Shown: positions 39,805-50,114 of the stretch, piece by piece
Layout: each line of letters opens with the position of its first letter
Position numbering within the stretch: the first letter of the stretch is position 1
Notes under the pieces: generated by a model
What the model saw: only the letters and a program-made list of their open reading frames with translations
Told to the model about the DNA's origin: nothing
The model's database searches: none
DNA from: a bacterium
Lineage (GTDB): Bacteria > Margulisbacteria > Marinamargulisbacteria > GCA-2716485 > JAYNIM01
Assembly (NCBI GenBank): GCA_038109055.1
Contig: JAYNIM010000001.1
Location: forward strand, 555,365 to 619,364
Direction: 5' to 3'
DNA length: 64,000 nt
Translations under genes and position numbers: made by a program

Positions 39805-41753
39805 GATGTTTTTATTTTCTTTTGATAATGCAATTGATAACAGCCCAAATAATCTGTTTGAAAGGCGCCTTCACAATAGGCAAAATAATATACCCATTTT
39901 CTGTAAAACTCTTCACTAAACCCCATCGTCAAAATTAGCTCTTTTTTTGATTCAAAGGCTTGTCGCCACATTGCCAACGTTTTGGCATAACTTTGAGCAA
40001 TATTTTGAGACTTACGCATCTGTAAATTTGTTTGTTTCTCTATCAAAAGCTGCATTCTTTCTAAAGAAGGCAAATGTCCTCCCGGAAAAATATGTTTTTT
40101 TATAAAATCTGTCTCTTTACAGTAGTTGTCGTATAAAGCGTCTGGATAGGTAATGGTTTGTAGTGCAAAATAGCCCCCTTCTTTTAAACATTTATCACAG
40201 GTCTTCACATAAGTTTCTAAATATTCTTTCCCTACAGCTTCAATCATTTCAATCGAGATAATGGCATCATATTCACCTTGAACATTACGATAATCTTGCA
40301 ACTTAATGTCAACTTTATCTCCGACGCCTTGTTCTTTTACCACCTGTTCTGCATACTCTTTTTGCTTTTCTGATAAGGTAACGGTTGTGACCTTACATCC
40401 ATAGGTTTTGGCTATATATGCTGCAACATAGCCCCAGCCAGATCCAATTTCTAACACATGCTGGTCTTTTTTCAGCTCTAATCCCTGGCATAAGTAGTTG
40501 ACTTTTTGTTCTTGTGCGTCTTGTAGACTATCTGTCTTTTTAAGAAATACCCCAGATGAATACATCATGGTTGAATCAAGAAATAATTGGTAAAACTTAT
40601 TGCCTAGATCATAGTGCTCAGAGATATTTTCCTTGCTTTTTTTAATTGAGTTTTTACGTAAGCGATGCCCTAAAAGATCCATCATTCGACGCAAAGGTTT
40701 GGACATAAATTGTTTTTCTATAGGAACTAAATTATGAATCATAAAAACTATCACATCTGTTAAATTCGGACTCTCCCACTCCCCTTTCATATAACTTTCC
40801 CCAAAGCCAATTTCGCCGCCCTTTTGAACAGAGCGAAAAAACCAGTTATGCCTAATATGTATTTTTGCACGAGGAATGGCCTCTTCTTTTCCTAAGGTAA
40901 TGGTATCACCATTGGTTAGTTTAATTTCTGCATGTCCCTTTTCAATCAATGGGTTCAGTTTTTTGATTTTATTCACGATTATTTTTTCGATCCAATTTAG
41001 AGGCATGGGTCTTAAAACCTGTTGTGATGTTAATTTAGGTTTTGAATATGCTTCTAGTTTTTTAAAACTATAAAGACGTAAGGCTTCGAACAAAATTCGA
41101 GGATAAACTAAAAATGTCGTAAAAGGATGTGTTAGTAATAGTTTGACTACGTGAAAACGCGTTAAGTTGGTCTTTTTCCCCACAAAATTTGCATAAAATA
41201 CCTTTTGTTCATTAATGACATAATCAATATGGACTTCAAAACGTTGGTCTGTATCTAAAACCTTAAACGTATAAGTGCCTTCTTCATTAAAAAAGGGTGA
41301 CACGTGAAAGTGTTTATCCACCGTTACTCGCTGGGCAGACTGGCACTCTTCGACTTTGTAAAAACTTGCTTCTTTATAGGTATTGGTGACCTCCGCAATC
41401 ATCCCTTTCATTTGTTTATGTTTGTCATAACAAAGATAAAACCCTACTGGCCGAAATGTTTTTAACATTAAACGCGGAATAGACACCATATAAATTTGAC
41501 TAATCTCTTCATGGTCCTTAAAAGTCTGGATGACCTGTTTTAATTTCTCTTCTATTGATTTGGGTGTATCATGCAAATAATCTTCATCCCACACAGACAG
41601 TAATCGTCGCTTGTTATAACCCGTAAATAAGCCGTCGTTAAAGGTAGATAGTTTTTTAATATCGAGCTGCAACATATATAATGGATAGCTAAAGTCGTGT
41701 TTTTTAGGCTGAAAGCGCACATGTTTTGTTGAGCCTAGAATTAAGGTTTTCAT
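39801..41753 (-). CDS. DUF1365 + cyclopropane-fatty-acyl-phospholipid synthase-like methyltransferase fusion
   Basis: N-terminal HVRFQPKKHDFSY, AEVTNT, KHFHVSPF (DUF1365); C-terminal HYDLGN, LEIGSGWG, SIEMIEAVG, IFPGG, YFAYCEGAF. Confidence 0.9.
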   Translation of the reverse strand: MKTLILGSTKHVRFQPKKHDFSYPLYMLQLDIKKLSTFNDGLFTGYNKRRLLSVWDEDYLHDTPKSIEEKLKQVIQTFKDHEEISQIYMVSIPRLMLKTFRPVGFYLCYDKHKQMKGMIAEVTNTYKEASFYKVEECQSAQRVTVDKHFHVSPFFNEEGTYTFKVLDTDQRFEVHIDYVINEQKVFYANFVGKKTNLTRFHVVKLLLTHPFTTFLVYPRILFEALRLYSFKKLEAYSKPKLTSQQVLRPMPLNWIEKIIVNKIKKLNPLIEKGHAEIKLTNGDTITLGKEEAIPRAKIHIRHNWFFRSVQKGGEIGFGESYMKGEWESPNLTDVIVFMIHNLVPIEKQFMSKPLRRMMDLLGHRLRKNSIKKSKENISEHYDLGNKFYQLFLDSTMMYSSGVFLKKTDSLQDAQEQKVNYLCQGLELKKDQHVLEIGSGWGYVAAYIAKTYGCKVTTVTLSEKQKEYAEQVVKEQGVGDKVDIKLQDYRNVQGEYDAIISIEMIEAVGKEYLETYVKTCDKCLKEGGYFALQTITYPDALYDNYCKETDFIKKHIFPGGHLPSLERMQLLIEKQTNLQMRKSQNIAQSYAKTLAMWRQAFESKKELILTMGFSEEFYRKWVYYFAYCEGAFQTDYLGCYQLHYQKKIKTS

Positions 41754-43003
41754 AAGTGACCTCCTAAAGGTAAACAGGCGTCTACGGCGGATCGTACGCC
41801 ATCCTCATGAAACCCATTTCCAAAATAACTCCCGCAAAAATGTAGTTTGCCTTGATTTAACTCTGATAAGTAGGTCTGTGACTGTAGCGAATCTGATGAA
41901 TAGATAGGATGGGTAAAGCTTACTCTATGATGTATTTTTTCTATCCTAATATTATTGGGATCATTTAATGTCACAAAATAAGGCGTGTCAGAATTAATGC
42001 GTTGTAAACGATTCATATAATACGACATTTGCAGTGAATCCGCATCGTTTTTAATTTGCTGCACTTCCCAGGAGCTCCAAGCTACTTTCCGAGGTGGCAT
42101 CACACTGGGATCACTATGTAAACATGCTGTATTTGTAGAATAGTTCCATACGCTTAATAACTGCTTTTCACGTGTGGTGGGTTGATCAAGAATCTTTAAG
42201 GCTTGATCTGCGTGGGTTGCGATGATTGCAAGATCGACCTGATATTTACTGCCTCTTTCTCCCTGTATCTCAACACCCTTTGTGTTTCTCTTTACTCGTT
42301 TGACAGGGTCATTTATTTTAATTTCACCCTGAAATTTTCTTTCAAATGCATCAATATAGCGCTGGCTACCGCCTACTAATGTTTTCCATATCGGTCGTGT
42401 TCCTAAGGTTAATAGCTGATGATTTTTCCAAAATAAAAAAAAGGCCTTTGCGGGAAACCCTAAGACCTCTTTTATGGGACACGACCATATCGCTGCACCC
42501 ATTGCTAAAATATAGGCCTGTTTTAGTAATATGCCAGAATCTAGTGTTTCTAGGTACTGTCCAACGGTCTGCTCTCCTATGTTGTCTTGATTTAAATCTC
42601 TTAATACTCTCTTATTAAAGGCTGAGATATCGTATAAAAAACGCCAAAACCTTGGCGAAATCACTTGCCGTTTTTGCGCAAATGTCCCAAAAGGAAAATC
42701 ACTATTGTAGTAAAAGTTTTTTTCCTTATCATAAAACCCAAATGACATGTCTGAATCTTGATAGTCAACCCCCAATCCCTTTAAAAATTGGGTAAATAAG
42801 GGATAGGTTAATAGGTTAAACACAATAAAGCCCATATCAATATTTAGGGGCCCTAGTACTGGGTCATTGACTGGAACTGTATATGTATGGCCCCCTAAGC
42901 GCTCTTTTGCTTCTATTAGGAGCACATCGTATTTATGTTGTAACATATGAGCGGAAACAATGCCGGATATCCCTGATCCAATGACTGCGACCTTTTTCTT
43001 CAT
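41750..43003 (-). CDS. FAD-dependent oxidoreductase (COG2907, UfaD-like)
   Basis: IGSGISG, RLGGH, DMGFIVFN, AAIWS, GFHEDG. Confidence 0.88.
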   Translation of the reverse strand: MKKKVAVIGSGISGIVSAHMLQHKYDVLLIEAKERLGGHTYTVPVNDPVLGPLNIDMGFIVFNLLTYPLFTQFLKGLGVDYQDSDMSFGFYDKEKNFYYNSDFPFGTFAQKRQVISPRFWRFLYDISAFNKRVLRDLNQDNIGEQTVGQYLETLDSGILLKQAYILAMGAAIWSCPIKEVLGFPAKAFFLFWKNHQLLTLGTRPIWKTLVGGSQRYIDAFERKFQGEIKINDPVKRVKRNTKGVEIQGERGSKYQVDLAIIATHADQALKILDQPTTREKQLLSVWNYSTNTACLHSDPSVMPPRKVAWSSWEVQQIKNDADSLQMSYYMNRLQRINSDTPYFVTLNDPNNIRIEKIHHRVSFTHPIYSSDSLQSQTYLSELNQGKLHFCGSYFGNGFHEDGVRSAVDACLPLGGHL

Positions 43004-43506
43004 ATTTTTACTATCCTTTTATGCATATACATAAGTGTAGGCATGGTAACGATCCACATAAAAGCGATCCACCCCAAGGAATATCCCAACGATTCATTTA
43101 ATTGTAATGCTCCTAATTTTTCTCCACTCCAATAGGCCAAGGGGCCGGCTATACCTCCTAATAAGACCGCTATTTTTTTATGTTTGTGTACCCAGGCTAA
43201 ACTATAATCAAAGGTAGACACAAAATGGCACCACATCCCTACCATAAATAAGGGACTTACGTCTTTAACACGAGAGGTCATCGTCATGACCCCTATCTGT
43301 ATCAAGCAGGTATCTGCTATAAACCCCAGACCTGCTGCGCTTAGATAAAATAAGGCACTGTTTTTTTTATTTTTTGAACATAACCAGTGGCCCACCAACG
43401 ATACCCCTATCGCAGATACGCTATACAATGGTAGGCCTTTTCCAGCCATGATTGCGGCAAAAAACCAAATTACTTGAAAAACAATTATGCTAATTAGTAT
43501 ATTCAT
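43000..43506 (-). CDS. DUF2878 membrane protein
   Basis: FQVIW, GFIAD, PLFMVGMW, GGIAGPLAYWSG. Confidence 0.82.
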   Translation of the reverse strand: MNILISIIVFQVIWFFAAIMAGKGLPLYSVSAIGVSLVGHWLCSKNKKNSALFYLSAAGLGFIADTCLIQIGVMTMTSRVKDVSPLFMVGMWCHFVSTFDYSLAWVHKHKKIAVLLGGIAGPLAYWSGEKLGALQLNESLGYSLGWIAFMWIVTMPTLMYMHKRIVKI

Positions 43507-43577
43507 AAATCTGTCCTTAACTATACGAAAAAAGAGCTAAAATCTCTATATTTCACTCTTTGACATATTTTGTATTT

Positions 43578-44282
43578 TCATCTTAATTTACCTATTAATT
43601 CCATCTCAAAGATATTCGATTTCTGTCCTGTAGATTCTTCATCTTGCAGTGGCCCTCTATACAGAACAGTCTCTCCAGTTTCAGGATCTACCCATAACGT
43701 TGCTTTCCAAAAAAAAGCTTTCCAACCTTGAGGAGCCATTCTATAGGTTGTATATGTCTTCCATTTACCATTCATTTCTATCTCTTCTTCTCCTAATTCA
43801 TAAATCTCCATTTTAATTACTGTTGCACTTCGTGAACTGATAATCCAAAAGTCTATTTTTTCTTCTTTCTTTAGAAAATGATCTCTTAGCATAATCCCGG
43901 GCGCATTGATCCAAGGACGTGTGTCAATCTTTGTTGTTTTGCTGATTTTTTCCCCCTCTATGATGCCTGTAAATGTTAAATAATTGCCCTGTCGAACCAC
44001 CCTAAAACGGCTATTTTCTTCTTTGCGGTTTACCTGCATGGATGTTCCTTTTTCGCCTTTTTCGTCGGTGTAAATAATCACCGTTTCTGGTTCTCTTAAA
44101 ATCGTTATTTTGTGATAAGACGGATGTTCTTCAACCAAAATATGATGATCATAAATGTGATCGCCAATCTTGTCGTGATAGTGATATTTTTCTGAATATT
44201 CTTGTGAATATGTCATTGCGGTCATCATGCTTATCATGCCAAATAATGTTAAACATATATTCCTTATTTGTTTTTGATACAT
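43578..44282 (-). CDS. Hypothetical exported beta-rich protein
   Basis: 234 aa with signal peptide. Confidence 0.65.
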   Translation of the reverse strand: MYQKQIRNICLTLFGMISMMTAMTYSQEYSEKYHYHDKIGDHIYDHHILVEEHPSYHKITILREPETVIIYTDEKGEKGTSMQVNRKEENSRFRVVRQGNYLTFTGIIEGEKISKTTKIDTRPWINAPGIMLRDHFLKKEEKIDFWIISSRSATVIKMEIYELGEEEIEMNGKWKTYTTYRMAPQGWKAFFWKATLWVDPETGETVLYRGPLQDEESTGQKSNIFEMELIGKLR

Positions 44283-44370
44283 TTTTTAATTATAACGTTT
44301 TATTTTAAAAAATAGTATTTTTCTGGCTATATTCGTTATTTCCATTACTTCTTCGCTTTATCTTTATTGT

Positions 44371-44841
44371 CTACTGAAATAACTCATTTAAATATGGATC
44401 TTCGAACTCTATATTTCCTTCTTTGGCAGATATTCCTGATAGTTCAAAACTAAAAACCTCGTCTTCTTGCTTTACTACTCGTATTACCCCTTGGATTTCA
44501 ACCCCTCTCAGGTCCATATCCAAGGGAATCTCTTCTTTCATGGTGACATAGATCATTTGATTGGGGGGAGGCGGTGGTATATGGATACATGCCAAGGGAT
44601 TTGGCACTAATAAAAACTCTGTTACTGTATCAATGTAGCCATCCATTTCCAAAGGGACAATAAACCCTGCTACCTCTACCATTTGATTATTCAGTTTATT
44701 TAATGACTCTGACATTTTTCCGCTTTGATAATCTAAGTCTTCCATCCTTTCCCAGGATAAAGAACTAACAGCGTTAGCCCAATGACAATTTAGTGCTATC
44801 CCCCATATTACAAATAGCCATAGCCAAATGTTTTTTTTCAA
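44371..44841 (-). CDS. DUF3299 protein (ZrgD-like)
   Basis: GFIVPLE, EFLLVP..ACIHIPPPPPNQMI; TTG 44841 overlaps the upstream stop (TTGA). Confidence 0.88.
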   Translation of the reverse strand: MKKNIWLWLFVIWGIALNCHWANAVSSLSWERMEDLDYQSGKMSESLNKLNNQMVEVAGFIVPLEMDGYIDTVTEFLLVPNPLACIHIPPPPPNQMIYVTMKEEIPLDMDLRGVEIQGVIRVVKQEDEVFSFELSGISAKEGNIEFEDPYLNELFQ

Positions 44842-46100
44842 ATCGATATAAACCCTTCTGTGATACTTTTTCGATAGGCTAATACAGCTGGAATAAAACT
44901 TGTGATGACGCCACACAACACAATCCCTATCGCAATATATATTTCCACTAAGGATACTGAGGACATAGTGACAATGAGTCCTAATTTATTTTCTAGTACA
45001 GGCGTTAAGATGTAGCCTAAAAGTCGCATTGATACCAGACCAACTATTACGCCACATCCTGTAATCACTATAGACTCCATAATCAATATCATAGCTAACT
45101 GCAAAGGGCGTGCGCCCATTGTTCTTAATATTGCTAATTCATATTTTCGCTGTTGTAAAGATGTAAATAATGCGATTAATAAGCCAATAAATGTAATCGC
45201 GGTTACCAAGATTGTCATTATTAAAAATGTATGATCAATTACGCTTATACTATTCCATAAACGTGCTAAGGCTACGCCTGGAATAATCGCCATCAAGGCT
45301 TCGCTTTCCCAATTTGCAAGTCGTCGTTGTACTGTAAAAAGAGAAAACTTAGACTTTAATCCAACTAAACAACTTGTAATATATTCTGGCTTTAACTCTT
45401 GTTGGTTTCTTACTCCATCCTTTGTCGTCTGGATTTTATCTACTCTTCCCTTTTTTGTTAGTGGCCGACTATGTAATGCTATTATCCCCTCAAGTGGGAC
45501 ATGCAGTGTTTTATCAATTGGGGTTCCTGTCTCTTTTAAAATTCCCACTACTTTAAAGGCATTCTGTTTGTGTAAGGGGAGGTTTCCTTTTGCCATACCA
45601 TGAGAAATAAATAACTCATCTCCTAACTTATAGTTCAATTTCTTTGCTACTTCTGCTCCTAGTACGACCTCAAATGTCTCCTGAAATATGTGCCCTTTTT
45701 GTAATTTCAAAGGCTTTCTTCGTCCATATTTGTAATGGTCAAAATAGTGGGTTGTAGTGCCTAATAATGGATAACCCTGATGAGAATCTCCTAATGAAAA
45801 GGGTATCATCCACTCTACTTCTGAAAATGCTTCTATTTCTTTGGCTGACGTCCATGACATATTTGCCACCGCCTGACCTTGCCTAAAAATACTGTAAAGT
45901 AATAACTGGACCTCTCCAGATCTTGCGCCTACGATTAAATCTGTTCCAGATATACTACGGCTAAAGCTTTCTTTGGCGCTATGCTTTATCTTTTGAACCC
46001 CAATCAACAACATACTACTTAAGCCTATTGACACTATCACCAATAGGGTTGTTAATCGTCTGTTTAATATACTTTTGATCGTTAGTTTAAACAGCGACAT
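44838..46100 (-). CDS. ABC transporter permease, MacB/FtsX-like (ZrgC-like)
   Basis: SGTDLIVGARSG, SLGDSH, GILKETGTPID, ELAILRTMGA. Confidence 0.88.
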   Translation of the reverse strand: MSLFKLTIKSILNRRLTTLLVIVSIGLSSMLLIGVQKIKHSAKESFSRSISGTDLIVGARSGEVQLLLYSIFRQGQAVANMSWTSAKEIEAFSEVEWMIPFSLGDSHQGYPLLGTTTHYFDHYKYGRRKPLKLQKGHIFQETFEVVLGAEVAKKLNYKLGDELFISHGMAKGNLPLHKQNAFKVVGILKETGTPIDKTLHVPLEGIIALHSRPLTKKGRVDKIQTTKDGVRNQQELKPEYITSCLVGLKSKFSLFTVQRRLANWESEALMAIIPGVALARLWNSISVIDHTFLIMTILVTAITFIGLLIALFTSLQQRKYELAILRTMGARPLQLAMILIMESIVITGCGVIVGLVSMRLLGYILTPVLENKLGLIVTMSSVSLVEIYIAIGIVLCGVITSFIPAVLAYRKSITEGFISI

Positions 46101-46800
46101 GCGTCTTTTTATTCTGTTTTAGATTCATCTCATTCAAACAATATTTCTCTTTAAATTGGGATTGTAATGCTAGATCGTGCGACACAAAAATAAGACTTGC
46201 TTGGTATTTTTGACACTCTGAAAATAAGGTCTCCATAAACTGTTGTTTCCGTTTATTATCTAAAGCAGAGGTGGCTTCGTCTGCAATGATAATTTTTGGC
46301 TCCCCAATGACCGCTCTTGCAATAGACACTCTCTGTTGCTGGCCAATACTCAATTGATGGACAGGTTTATTGATAACCTTTTCTTCGATATCAAGTTCCC
46401 TACATAAGCGCAGGGCCTCTTCTTCTAAGGACGCTGCTTTTTCTAATGTTTTTTGTTTTCTAATTTTGGAAAACATACACGGCAAGGTAATATTCTCGAT
46501 GACATTAAGATAGGGAATCAAATTAAACATTTGAAAAATAATCCCAAAGTTGTCTGCTCGAAAGCGATCACATTCAACTTTGTTGCAGGTTGTTAGGTCT
46601 TTTCCTAATACAGTCACTTGTCCTGATTGTGGTTTAATGAGCCCTGTTACAATATTTAAAAAGGTTGTTTTACCGCATCCACTAGGTCCTTCAATAAATA
46701 TCTGACTATTTTCTTTTAGCGTAAAACTGTTTAATTGAAGGCTAAAATCATCCTTATTTTGATAGCTGAAAAATAAGTTTTTTAGCTGAATATCATTCAT
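46087..46800 (-). CDS. ABC transporter ATP-binding protein (ZrgB-like)
   Basis: GPSGCGKT, LSIGQQQRV, ADEATSALD; ATG 46800 coupled to upstream stop (TAATG). Confidence 0.9.
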   Translation of the reverse strand: MNDIQLKNLFFSYQNKDDFSLQLNSFTLKENSQIFIEGPSGCGKTTFLNIVTGLIKPQSGQVTVLGKDLTTCNKVECDRFRADNFGIIFQMFNLIPYLNVIENITLPCMFSKIRKQKTLEKAASLEEEALRLCRELDIEEKVINKPVHQLSIGQQQRVSIARAVIGEPKIIIADEATSALDNKRKQQFMETLFSECQKYQASLIFVSHDLALQSQFKEKYCLNEMNLKQNKKTHVAV

Positions 46801-47219
46801 TAAAGGTGACAACCTTCAGATGGACAACATTTTAAATAATAATGATTCATATAGTAAGAGCTAAGTACGCAGATAGTCCCAATCCCTAAATACAAAAAGC
46901 TCCCACAACCCTGTTGACACGCTTGACAGTTCAGAACTGAATGTAGACCCCATAATATACTTCCCATTAAAAATAAGAGTCCAGCATGTGCTTTTTTATG
47001 TTTACAATAGCCGTTATAGATAATAGAAATCCCACAAAAAATTGATCCTAGTAGTAGACTTACTTCCATCCATATATTGTGCATAATAGCCCCTAACAAC
47101 GGTGCTAGTACAATCAAAAAAGGGGTCGCAATACAGTGAATAGCACAGGCCATGGATGCTATATGCATCGCGTTTATTTGTGGCTTTGGCGTTATTTGTT
47201 TCTGTCTAATACTGACCAT
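46800..47219 (-). CDS. MerC-domain membrane protein
   Basis: ASMACAIHC, GYCKH, four TMs. Confidence 0.82.
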   Translation of the reverse strand: MVSIRQKQITPKPQINAMHIASMACAIHCIATPFLIVLAPLLGAIMHNIWMEVSLLLGSIFCGISIIYNGYCKHKKAHAGLLFLMGSILWGLHSVLNCQACQQGCGSFLYLGIGTICVLSSYYMNHYYLKCCPSEGCHL

Positions 47220-47772
47220 TTATGTTTATCCGTTGTTTATCTTTATAAAGAGTATAAGAAGCTTGCTTCTCTTTTGTTATCACAATAAGACCCATCTTTT
47301 TAAGCAGTAAAAATGGTTGAAAAAGATCTATCTCTATCGTATTAATTTTGTTGTTTTTAGGGAAGCTATACCCCTGTATTATCTTTATCACTTCGCTTGT
47401 TTCTTCATGGGGATGATCACAACCTGAATGATCATGACCATCGCTCTGTTCTTCCAGTTTTAGGCTATTCTTGTGTTGCTCGAGATTAATTTTTACGTTT
47501 CTTCTTAAAACACCTTGTTTTTTATATGCCTTTACAAGTTCTATTTCTTTTAATCTACTGCTTATTCCCCTTATTTCTTTTTCTTTCTCTGATGATTCAT
47601 CGTCTTTAGCTCTGAGTACGTCAGAAACAGGTAAGATGAGTTCTATTTCTATCTTTGCCTCATTTATGATGAGCGTCCCTTTTGCTTCTGCAAAAACCTG
47701 ACTAGCTGTCAGAAGACTGACGATCATGCCCATGATCCCTCCCAATAATATACCCATCATTCTTTTTTTCAT
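47206..47772 (-). CDS. Exported His-rich protein, ZrgA/DUF2796-like
   Basis: Signal peptide, EIELILPVSDV, GHDHSGCDHPHE, IDLFQPF; position in operon. Confidence 0.55.
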   Translation of the reverse strand: MKKRMMGILLGGIMGMIVSLLTASQVFAEAKGTLIINEAKIEIELILPVSDVLRAKDDESSEKEKEIRGISSRLKEIELVKAYKKQGVLRRNVKINLEQHKNSLKLEEQSDGHDHSGCDHPHEETSEVIKIIQGYSFPKNNKINTIEIDLFQPFLLLKKMGLIVITKEKQASYTLYKDKQRININGQY

Positions 47773-47778
47773 CTGAGT

Positions 47779-48171
47779 TTACTTATTTACACAGCCCTCA
47801 CAAATCCCATATATGTTAAAGTCATGTGAGAGAATTTTAAAGTTCTTACTGGGTAACAGTTCGGACATATTTATATTGAGCTTTTTAACATGACAGCCCT
47901 CTAAACAAAACGCTGTTTCACAGTCATCACAAATAAAGTGATGATGATGATTATGAAATAATTCAAAATACGCCGCCCCATTTTTATTTTTTATCTCTGT
48001 AACACGCTTTTTATCCATGAGCTTTGTTAAAATTCGATACACCGTGGCTTTATTTGGCACAATCTCTTCTTTGCTCAGTTCCTCTATGATGTTTGAGACA
48101 GATAGTGGAGATTTGGCCTCTGTTAAAATCTTTAGGACATTACTCGCTATAATTGTTTTTCGTTTAAACAC
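47779..48171 (-). CDS. Fur-family regulator (Zur-like)
   Basis: KATVYRIL, HHHHFICDDC, IYGICEGC. Confidence 0.9.
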   Translation of the reverse strand: MFKRKTIIASNVLKILTEAKSPLSVSNIIEELSKEEIVPNKATVYRILTKLMDKKRVTEIKNKNGAAYFELFHNHHHHFICDDCETAFCLEGCHVKKLNINMSELLPSKNFKILSHDFNIYGICEGCVNK

Positions 48172-48203
48172 CTGCTTACTTTAACATTTCGACTATACTT
48201 AAC

Positions 48204-48216
48204 GCAACTTAATTGC
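48204..48216. promoter_or_regulatory. Candidate Fur/Zur-family operator
   Basis: GCAAC-TTA-ATTGC imperfect palindrome ~33-45 bp upstream of the regulator start. Confidence 0.5.
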
Positions 48217-48379
48217 AATAAATAATACCTTTTGTTCCTATTTTTACCATAAGTATTTTTCATTTTATCTTACGTCTTCCTATTTTTAGGATCTAACTGA
48301 TGATATTTTAGCTTTTTGATTTGATTTTTGTTACTTTAATCGTTATAAAATTACTATTATCCTTATTATCTAGAGAACC

Positions 48380-49393
48380 ATGAAACGTATATTTATCACA
48401 GGTATTTCAGGCTATATCGGCAGTCATTGTGCCGCTCAACTCTTACAAAAGGACTATTGGGTCAAGGGCTCTCTAAGGGATATGGCCTATGCTCCTCAGA
48501 TTCAGAACGCTCTTAATAAGGTAGTCAATAAAGACTGTAATATTGATTTTTATCCCTTAGATTTATTACGTGATGATGGTTGGGAAGAGGCCTTAGAAGG
48601 CTGTGATACGGTTCTTCATGTTGCCTCTCCTTTTGAGATCTCAGAACCAAAGAACCCAGATGACATGATTAAGCCTGCGTTAGATGGTACAAAACGTGTG
48701 CTTTCTATCTCTAAAAAAATGGGCATTAAAAAAGTTATTCTTACGTCCTCCTTAGTTGCAATGGTTGGCGACAAGAAAGTCGCCCATCTTACAGACAAAA
48801 GTTGGACAAAACCAGATACAGATCGTGTTTCAAGCTACATGAAAAGTAAAGCCTATGCGGAAAAATGGGCCTGGGATTTTTACACTAAACAATCTAATGA
48901 TGATAAAATGCAGCTTACGGTTATTAATCCTGGACCTGTTTATGGCCCTCCTATCATCAATAGAATTGATGGGGCTTCTATGTCATTTTTTGCTGAAGTC
49001 ATGACAGGAAAAATGGCACAACTCCCTCCTTGTGAATATGCTATGTCTGATGTAAGAGATATTGCAAAAATTCATGTTGAAGCCATCAACAATTCACAGT
49101 CTGATGGAAAACGTTTAATTGTAACTACTGATGAAGCCCATTCGTTTTTAGACATTGGAAAACTACTTTCAACTCATGGTTTTCTTAAGAAAGCACCCAC
49201 TCAAGCTCCGATTTTTTTACTTAAATTACTCGGCCTATTTAACAGAGAAATTAAAGGAATGATGCCCTTTATTGGCTCTCGTATTACAGCTGATAATTCT
49301 ATCACAAAACATATTTTTAATTGGGAGCCTATTCCATTTGAAAAAATGGTTTTAGATACGGCAGAGTCACTTACAAAACATCTTCATCAATAG
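48380..49393 (+). CDS. NAD-dependent epimerase/aldehyde reductase (extended SDR)
   Basis: ITGISGYIG, HVASP, TSS, YMKSK, INPGPVYGP, DVRD. Confidence 0.9.
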   Translation: MKRIFITGISGYIGSHCAAQLLQKDYWVKGSLRDMAYAPQIQNALNKVVNKDCNIDFYPLDLLRDDGWEEALEGCDTVLHVASPFEISEPKNPDDMIKPALDGTKRVLSISKKMGIKKVILTSSLVAMVGDKKVAHLTDKSWTKPDTDRVSSYMKSKAYAEKWAWDFYTKQSNDDKMQLTVINPGPVYGPPIINRIDGASMSFFAEVMTGKMAQLPPCEYAMSDVRDIAKIHVEAINNSQSDGKRLIVTTDEAHSFLDIGKLLSTHGFLKKAPTQAPIFLLKLLGLFNREIKGMMPFIGSRITADNSITKHIFNWEPIPFEKMVLDTAESLTKHLHQ

Positions 49394-49494
49394 CTTATAT
49401 GTTTTAATCATTATAAAATTCATTGTTTGTACACATATTTTATACACGTCACTTTACACATATAAATACAGTTATTTAATATGGGACAAGTATC

Positions 49495-50076
49495 ATGAAC
49501 CAGCTTTCCAAAGACTTGACGCCTGAAGAGTTTTTATCTGTTATTGATACCATGTTTTCGGCTGCTGTCATAACCCCTAACCATCCCCTTCATCAAGGTG
49601 TTTTTGCTACAAGTAGAGAGAGTCTTATTCAACAACGATATGTCGTTGTACGTCGTTGGAGCTTATTAAGACGTACCTTAATGTTTCATACCGATAATCG
49701 ATCCCCAAAAATCAGTGATTTAAAACAAACAGCGTCATCCTCATTTATCTTTTATTCTAACCCCGATCAACTACAACTTCGATTTGAATGTATCACTCAT
49801 GTGCATACACATGATCGCTTGGCACGAGCACTTTTTAATGACACTACCCCGTCCCAACGCTTACCCTATCAAACGCCTATCCCTCCATCTGATAAAACCA
49901 CTCTTTCTGAGTTATCTAACACAACAAACCAACAAGACCCCTTTAACAACTTCGCCGTTTGTGTGTGTAATTTTAATACCATAGAACTTCTCTATTTAAA
50001 TCGATTCGCGCATGTGCGAATTATATATGAATGGAACGATAAAGGTGAACTTGTCTGGGATTACTTAGCCCCCTAA
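49495..50076 (+). CDS. Pyridoxamine 5'-phosphate oxidase-like FMN-binding protein
   Basis: RYVVVR, FHTDNRSPK, QLQLR, IELLYL..HVR. Confidence 0.78.
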   Translation: MNQLSKDLTPEEFLSVIDTMFSAAVITPNHPLHQGVFATSRESLIQQRYVVVRRWSLLRRTLMFHTDNRSPKISDLKQTASSSFIFYSNPDQLQLRFECITHVHTHDRLARALFNDTTPSQRLPYQTPIPPSDKTTLSELSNTTNQQDPFNNFAVCVCNFNTIELLYLNRFAHVRIIYEWNDKGELVWDYLAP

Positions 50077-50114
50077 TTTTTCTACCTGCAGGATCATGAT
50101 ATAATCGGCATTAG

